From: Marsupella aquatica
Lineage: Eukaryota > Plantae > Marchantiophyta
DNA length: 64,000 nucleotides
NCBI GenBank assembly: GCA_973895155.1
Contig: OZ316899.1
Span: 11,149,575 to 11,213,574, forward strand
Reading direction: 5' to 3'
Part shown: piece by piece, positions 61,101-64,000 of the stretch
Layout of the letters: each line of letters opens with the position of its first letter
How positions within the stretch are numbered: position 1 is the stretch's first letter
Position numbers and translations under genes: made by a program
The notes under the pieces: model-generated
What the model was told of the DNA's origin: nothing
What the model saw: only the letters and a program-made list of their open reading frames with translations
The model's database searches: none

Positions 61101-63930
61101 ATTGGTCCTCTAGCTCCTTTATCTTGAGCTTTAACAAGGCTAAGTGCTTAGCCTTTAAACTCTGGTCATTACTCCTTGTCTTGATCTCAACTTGGGCAGC
61201 ACCCTTGCTGGTCTGATCAACCTCCTGAGCCATTGTGATAGTGTCTTCTTGGTTGCTCTCCTTGGCTGAGGTCTCAGCCTGCTTCACCTCCTCGAGACTG
61301 GTCACTTCACTGAGACTGGGCAGAGGTGAATGGCTGGTAAGAGCCTCCTGCTCTTGCTCCTCTCCAAACACTTCTTCTTCAGTCCATTGGCTCACCATGT
61401 TCAACATGTATACCTCATCCTCATCAGATTCAGATTTGGTACTCAACTCATCGGAAAGTTCAGAATCATATTCATCCAACTCATCAGTAGTCTCTCCTTG
61501 ATGCTTGTCATGACCCCATGAAACTGAAGTGGCTGGTTTGCCAAACCTAAACTCCTTCTTGCCCCAATCAGACACTACTTTGGCTCCATATAGCCAAGGC
61601 CTCCCAATCAAGATTGGGTAAGTAGATGGCCTTGCTGGTCTCATCACCAAGTAATTCAACAAGAACTCCTGCCCCCCAATGAGAGTAGGTACTTGAGTAA
61701 GTGTCCCCACCGGTAGCACTCTTGCTCCATTTGCTAGCCTCATTGTCCTTGCTGTTGGCTGAAGTTTCTTGAAACCTAGTTGTTGGGCAGTAGCCTCAAT
61801 CATGATATTCACACCTGAGCCTCCATCAACTGGTACATACGAGAGTACACACCCATTTACTTGAACATCAATCTCAGGTGCTCCAAGGTCTTCACAAACC
61901 ATCATCACATCAGCTGGGGTACCAACCTTTGGAAGCTTCCTTCTTCTCCTTCCTACCAACATCTCCTTCAGTTGCCTCCTATACAAAGGGTTGTCTTTGA
62001 TCAGCTGCCCCACTGTAGCAGTAACCAAACAATCTTTCACATCCTTCTTGATGTCATAAGAGGGTACCTTGCTGGTCTCTTTCTTCTCTTCCACCTCAGC
62101 TTTTTCCTTCAAAGCTTTAGCAACCTTCAGGTCTTTGTTGATGGCCTCTTGATGCTCCTTAGCCTCCATCTCCTCTAGTTGCCTCTTGACTTCCTCATTC
62201 ACCTTGGGATAGAAGAGCTTCGGATGGTCTCTCTTGTAGTCACTATCTTCAGCTGGTGGGACTTGAACTTCTGCTCCAACTTCAACTTCGATTGGTGACT
62301 CCGTTGAGTGCTCCTTTCTCTCCTTCCTCTTCTTCCTCTCTTCCACTCTTTCCTTCTTTCTTGTGGACCTGGTAGACACCTTGTAACACACAGCTTCCTC
62401 CTCAGGTGTCTCCATTCCTGGTAGATCTGGCTGGTTCTCCCCACCAGCAACTTGTGTCACTCCATCTTTGGCCTCCTCTTGCCACTCCATACTCAAGAAG
62501 TTCACTGTGGCTTCACCGGGAGCCTTGGCAACCGCTGGTGGTGGTGCTTCTATCCTTCCTATCATCATCTTGGCAGCAGATCCAATAGGACAGTTGGCTG
62601 TGGTATGACCCTCCCTTTTGCACACAGCACAAAGAGGATAGGGAGCTCCTTGTCCCTGCCTCCTTGGTTCGGGGCAACTGTTGGAATAGTGCCCTGGTTT
62701 TTGACAGTTCCAGCAGATCACCACGGTAGTTCTTGCCACTCCCCCAGGTCCTTGAGGTCCCATTTGATCCACCATCCTTGGTTGAAGACCAGGCATCAGT
62801 TGAGGTGCCATGGGTGGAGCTGGTCTTCCTTGCAAAGTTCTTGGGCCTCCTGAAATCTGGTACACCATCTCCGGGGCTTCTTCATAGAAGTAGTCCACCA
62901 CTTCACTTGCTTGATAAACATCGTTGGACTCTTCATTGACATACTGAACTTGATTCCTCCAACCTTGACACTCTTGAGGTGTATGGCCAAAACTCTTGCA
63001 CTTGACACACCATACATGGGCTCTATTCACCGGCACTTTTCTCCTATCAGGTTGCACACCAGCAAAGTGAACTGATAGGGCCTTGAGTTGGTTGGTGATC
63101 TCACTCATCTTGTTATCCATCACCTTCTTCTCCTTGGTTGCTGGTGTAGAACCTTCCACCAAGTTGAAGGTTGCAGATTTGTGGTGCTTACCACCTGGCT
63201 TCTTCTTGCTGGCTCTCCTCTTCTGGTCGCTTTTTCTCTTTGCCTTCTTCTTCTTCTTCTTCTTCTTCTTCTCGGAGTCCTCCTCAGAATCAGATTCTGA
63301 ATCAGAACTGGAACTACTCTCCTCAGATTCCGACTCAGAAGTATCCTCAACTGAACTACTTGATTCACTTGAGCTAGAAGAAGAATCACTATAAGCAAAT
63401 CGCTTCTTCTTTCTCCTACTCTTGGAACTAGAGATCTCAGCACTCCTATAAGACTGAGCCGCCTCAATGGCCTCATCCAACGTATTAGGGTGAGATTGCC
63501 TTACTGAGACACCCATCTTCTTGGGTAGGCTTGCCACAAACCAAGCCAACAACATGGAGTCTACTGGTCTGGGGTCAAGCTTGGTAGCTAACCTTTGAAA
63601 CCTTTGCAGAAACCTCCTTACTGACTCCTTGGATCCCATTCTGATCTCTCCCATCTTGATCAGAGCTTCCGATTCTTCTCCCACCTTCCTAAACTCCTGC
63701 AAGAATGCTAGCTTGAAGGCATCCCAATCATTCTTGATGGCATTTGATAGGCTATTGAACCAAGGTCTTGCTTCTCCTCTCAAGACCCCCGCCAAAGTGG
63801 TCAACTTAATATCAAACTCTCCATTGGCTTGGGCTGTCCCAATGAAGTCCTCCAACCAAGCATCAGGATCCTCCTTGGGCTTGCCATGGAATGTCTTGTA
63901 CTGAAATCTTGCTCTTTGAGTCACCACCAT
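58129..63930 (-). CDS. Gag-Pol polyprotein (gag, 3 CCHC knuckles, aspartic protease, RT, RNase H, integrase), 1933 aa
   Basis: Uninterrupted ORF; VDGGSG protease, FIDD RT, YVDVS RNase H, HHCC/DDE integrase with GPY motif; RT-RH-INT order. The frame is also open upstream to the window edge. Confidence 0.97.
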   Translation of the reverse strand: MVVTQRARFQYKTFHGKPKEDPDAWLEDFIGTAQANGEFDIKLTTLAGVLRGEARPWFNSLSNAIKNDWDAFKLAFLQEFRKVGEESEALIKMGEIRMGSKESVRRFLQRFQRLATKLDPRPVDSMLLAWFVASLPKKMGVSVRQSHPNTLDEAIEAAQSYRSAEISSSKSRRKKKRFAYSDSSSSSSESSSSVEDTSESESEESSSSSDSESDSEEDSEKKKKKKKKKAKRKSDQKRRASKKKPGGKHHKSATFNLVEGSTPATKEKKVMDNKMSEITNQLKALSVHFAGVQPDRRKVPVNRAHVWCVKCKSFGHTPQECQGWRNQVQYVNEESNDVYQASEVVDYFYEEAPEMVYQISGGPRTLQGRPAPPMAPQLMPGLQPRMVDQMGPQGPGGVARTTVVICWNCQKPGHYSNSCPEPRRQGQGAPYPLCAVCKREGHTTANCPIGSAAKMMIGRIEAPPPAVAKAPGEATVNFLSMEWQEEAKDGVTQVAGGENQPDLPGMETPEEEAVCYKVSTRSTRKKERVEERKKRKERKEHSTESPIEVEVGAEVQVPPAEDSDYKRDHPKLFYPKVNEEVKRQLEEMEAKEHQEAINKDLKVAKALKEKAEVEEKKETSKVPSYDIKKDVKDCLVTATVGQLIKDNPLYRRQLKEMLVGRRRRKLPKVGTPADVMMVCEDLGAPEIDVQVNGCVLSYVPVDGGSGVNIMIEATAQQLGFKKLQPTARTMRLANGARVLPVGTLTQVPTLIGGQEFLLNYLVMRPARPSTYPILIGRPWLYGAKVVSDWGKKEFRFGKPATSVSWGHDKHQGETTDELDEYDSELSDELSTKSESDEDEVYMLNMVSQWTEEEVFGEEQEQEALTSHSPLPSLSEVTSLEEVKQAETSAKESNQEDTITMAQEVDQTSKGAAQVEIKTRSNDQSLKAKHLALLKLKIKELEDQLKAANSEEDETQEDQHSSKEKEELSAENAPVYGGMRLAQLEGTFDSTMRNKMEVIRAEQYRTISVQQDKTFNLGNALGSGEEKTIQDLLGEYVDVFAWSHLDLTGVNPELGEHRIDLMLGASPVRQRQYRMNPKYSLMVKEEIDKLLEAGFIYPVLNSEWVSPIVIVPKKPGLDGKPKIRVCQDFRKLNEATKKDHYPIPFTDMVLDLVAGWEVYSFLDGYSGYNQIWIRKEDQLKTAFTTEWGIYAFRRMPFGLCNAPGMFQRLMMNIFHDYLRKFLEVFIDDFAVFGRGKDHVEHLRMTFQRCREVGLKLHPGKCFFGVEEGILLGHKVSKKGIEVDQEKVAVWMAVKFPTSVTELRGFLGCLNYYRRFIKDFAKVALPLTSMLKKGAEVEPSVERLASFQELKNRLVEAPILIAPDWSREFHVYVDVSGFCIGVVLSQLDDQNRDHPIYFASRLLAPAEKNYSPTDREALGIIYSCKKFRHYLLGYKVVFHTDHNALKYMVNKPDVTGRVARWILLLQEFDYEVRVRPGKKHGNADFFSRIEGEEDLKEVDDQFPDEDLFHVGSGGDTWYLDIIQFLLTTRLPRDLNQEEAAVFLRKIRPYLLVKGVLHKEGVDGRLRRCLEKKEISIVMRAMHEEEAGGHYASATTARKILDAGYWWPTLHKDVSLFVRGCDPCQRTGKPAHSRHHPLTTILPLAPFEKWGIDFIGPITPVTRSRRNRYILLATDYATKWVEARPTSKDNALTVARFMYQQIFTRFGPPLELVSDRGTHFLNEVVEELTNHYLIKHRKTTPYHPKANGLTERANGIIGKILNKTVAAHKTDWDDKLYSAVYSYNLAFKTTTGHSPFYLVFGQHSLVPVEFEVPTLRVSVEERMEADQSLMERAYQLEELEEIREEASKQVKKKQAQVKQHHDKKLKKPTSLLAGQLVLLYDSRYAHFPGKLHTRWLGPYVVHQVYANGSIQLATLEGEVFPTRVHHDRLKRYFNQE

Positions 63931-64000
63931 GGCTGCTTCTTGATCTTCACTTGTGTTGGTAGTGGAAGAAGATGTATCACTCCACCCTACACCAGGTTCC

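Larger units (their letters stand above)
54911..64000 (-). mobile_element. Ty3/gypsy LTR retrotransposon B (non-chromovirus), extends past the window
   Basis: 3' LTR 54911-58089 (TG...CA), polypurine tract AGTAGGGGGCT at 58090-58100, intact gag-pol. Confidence 0.95.

Noticed and set aside
59044-63904. Many short + strand ORFs over gypsy B, and similar antisense ORFs such as 16281-16988, 20132-20875 and 31064-31570
   Set aside because: Antisense shadows of real coding frames with no independent motifs.

Overview
Land-plant nuclear DNA (a non-seed plant such as a bryophyte is my guess), made almost entirely of nested transposons. An EF1-alpha pseudogene (3374-4290) is cut by a CACTA element (4291-9341), which is cut by a sibling CACTA (9342-~14616). 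Next to that lies a hidden tandem-BRCT reading frame interrupted by four insertions within ~410 bp: Mutator-like element MULE-1 (14739-23758, 9-bp TSD), the related ~24.7-kb MULE-2 (23809-48470, 7/9 TSD), a deleted Ty3/gypsy (48799-54876, TSD GGCCT) and an apparently intact Ty3/gypsy (54911 to past the window end). The most interesting object is the MULE family. Besides a GCM-like/DDE/SWIM transposase it carries (i) a divergent spliced gene that appears to fuse a ParB/Srx-fold domain, a degenerate N6/N4 DNA-methyltransferase fold and a Ulp1 (C48) SUMO-protease domain, (ii) three short F-box-motif genes, (iii) an AT-hook/coiled-coil gene, and (iv) roughly 100 or more copies (by-eye estimate) of one ~23-bp palindrome, AT(C/G)TCGG(A/C)GA-N3-TC(T/G)CCGA(G/C)AT, amplified in several unrelated tandem arrays, introns and even coding repeats. 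This suggests a transposon-encoded, sequence-specific chromatin or anti-silencing system (VANC-like or ParB/parS-like), which is a hypothesis. One gypsy LTR also holds an RPA1-C-like OB-fold ORF. Most ORFs are decayed by C>T/G>A changes. All domain calls come from motif recognition by eye, not from database searches.
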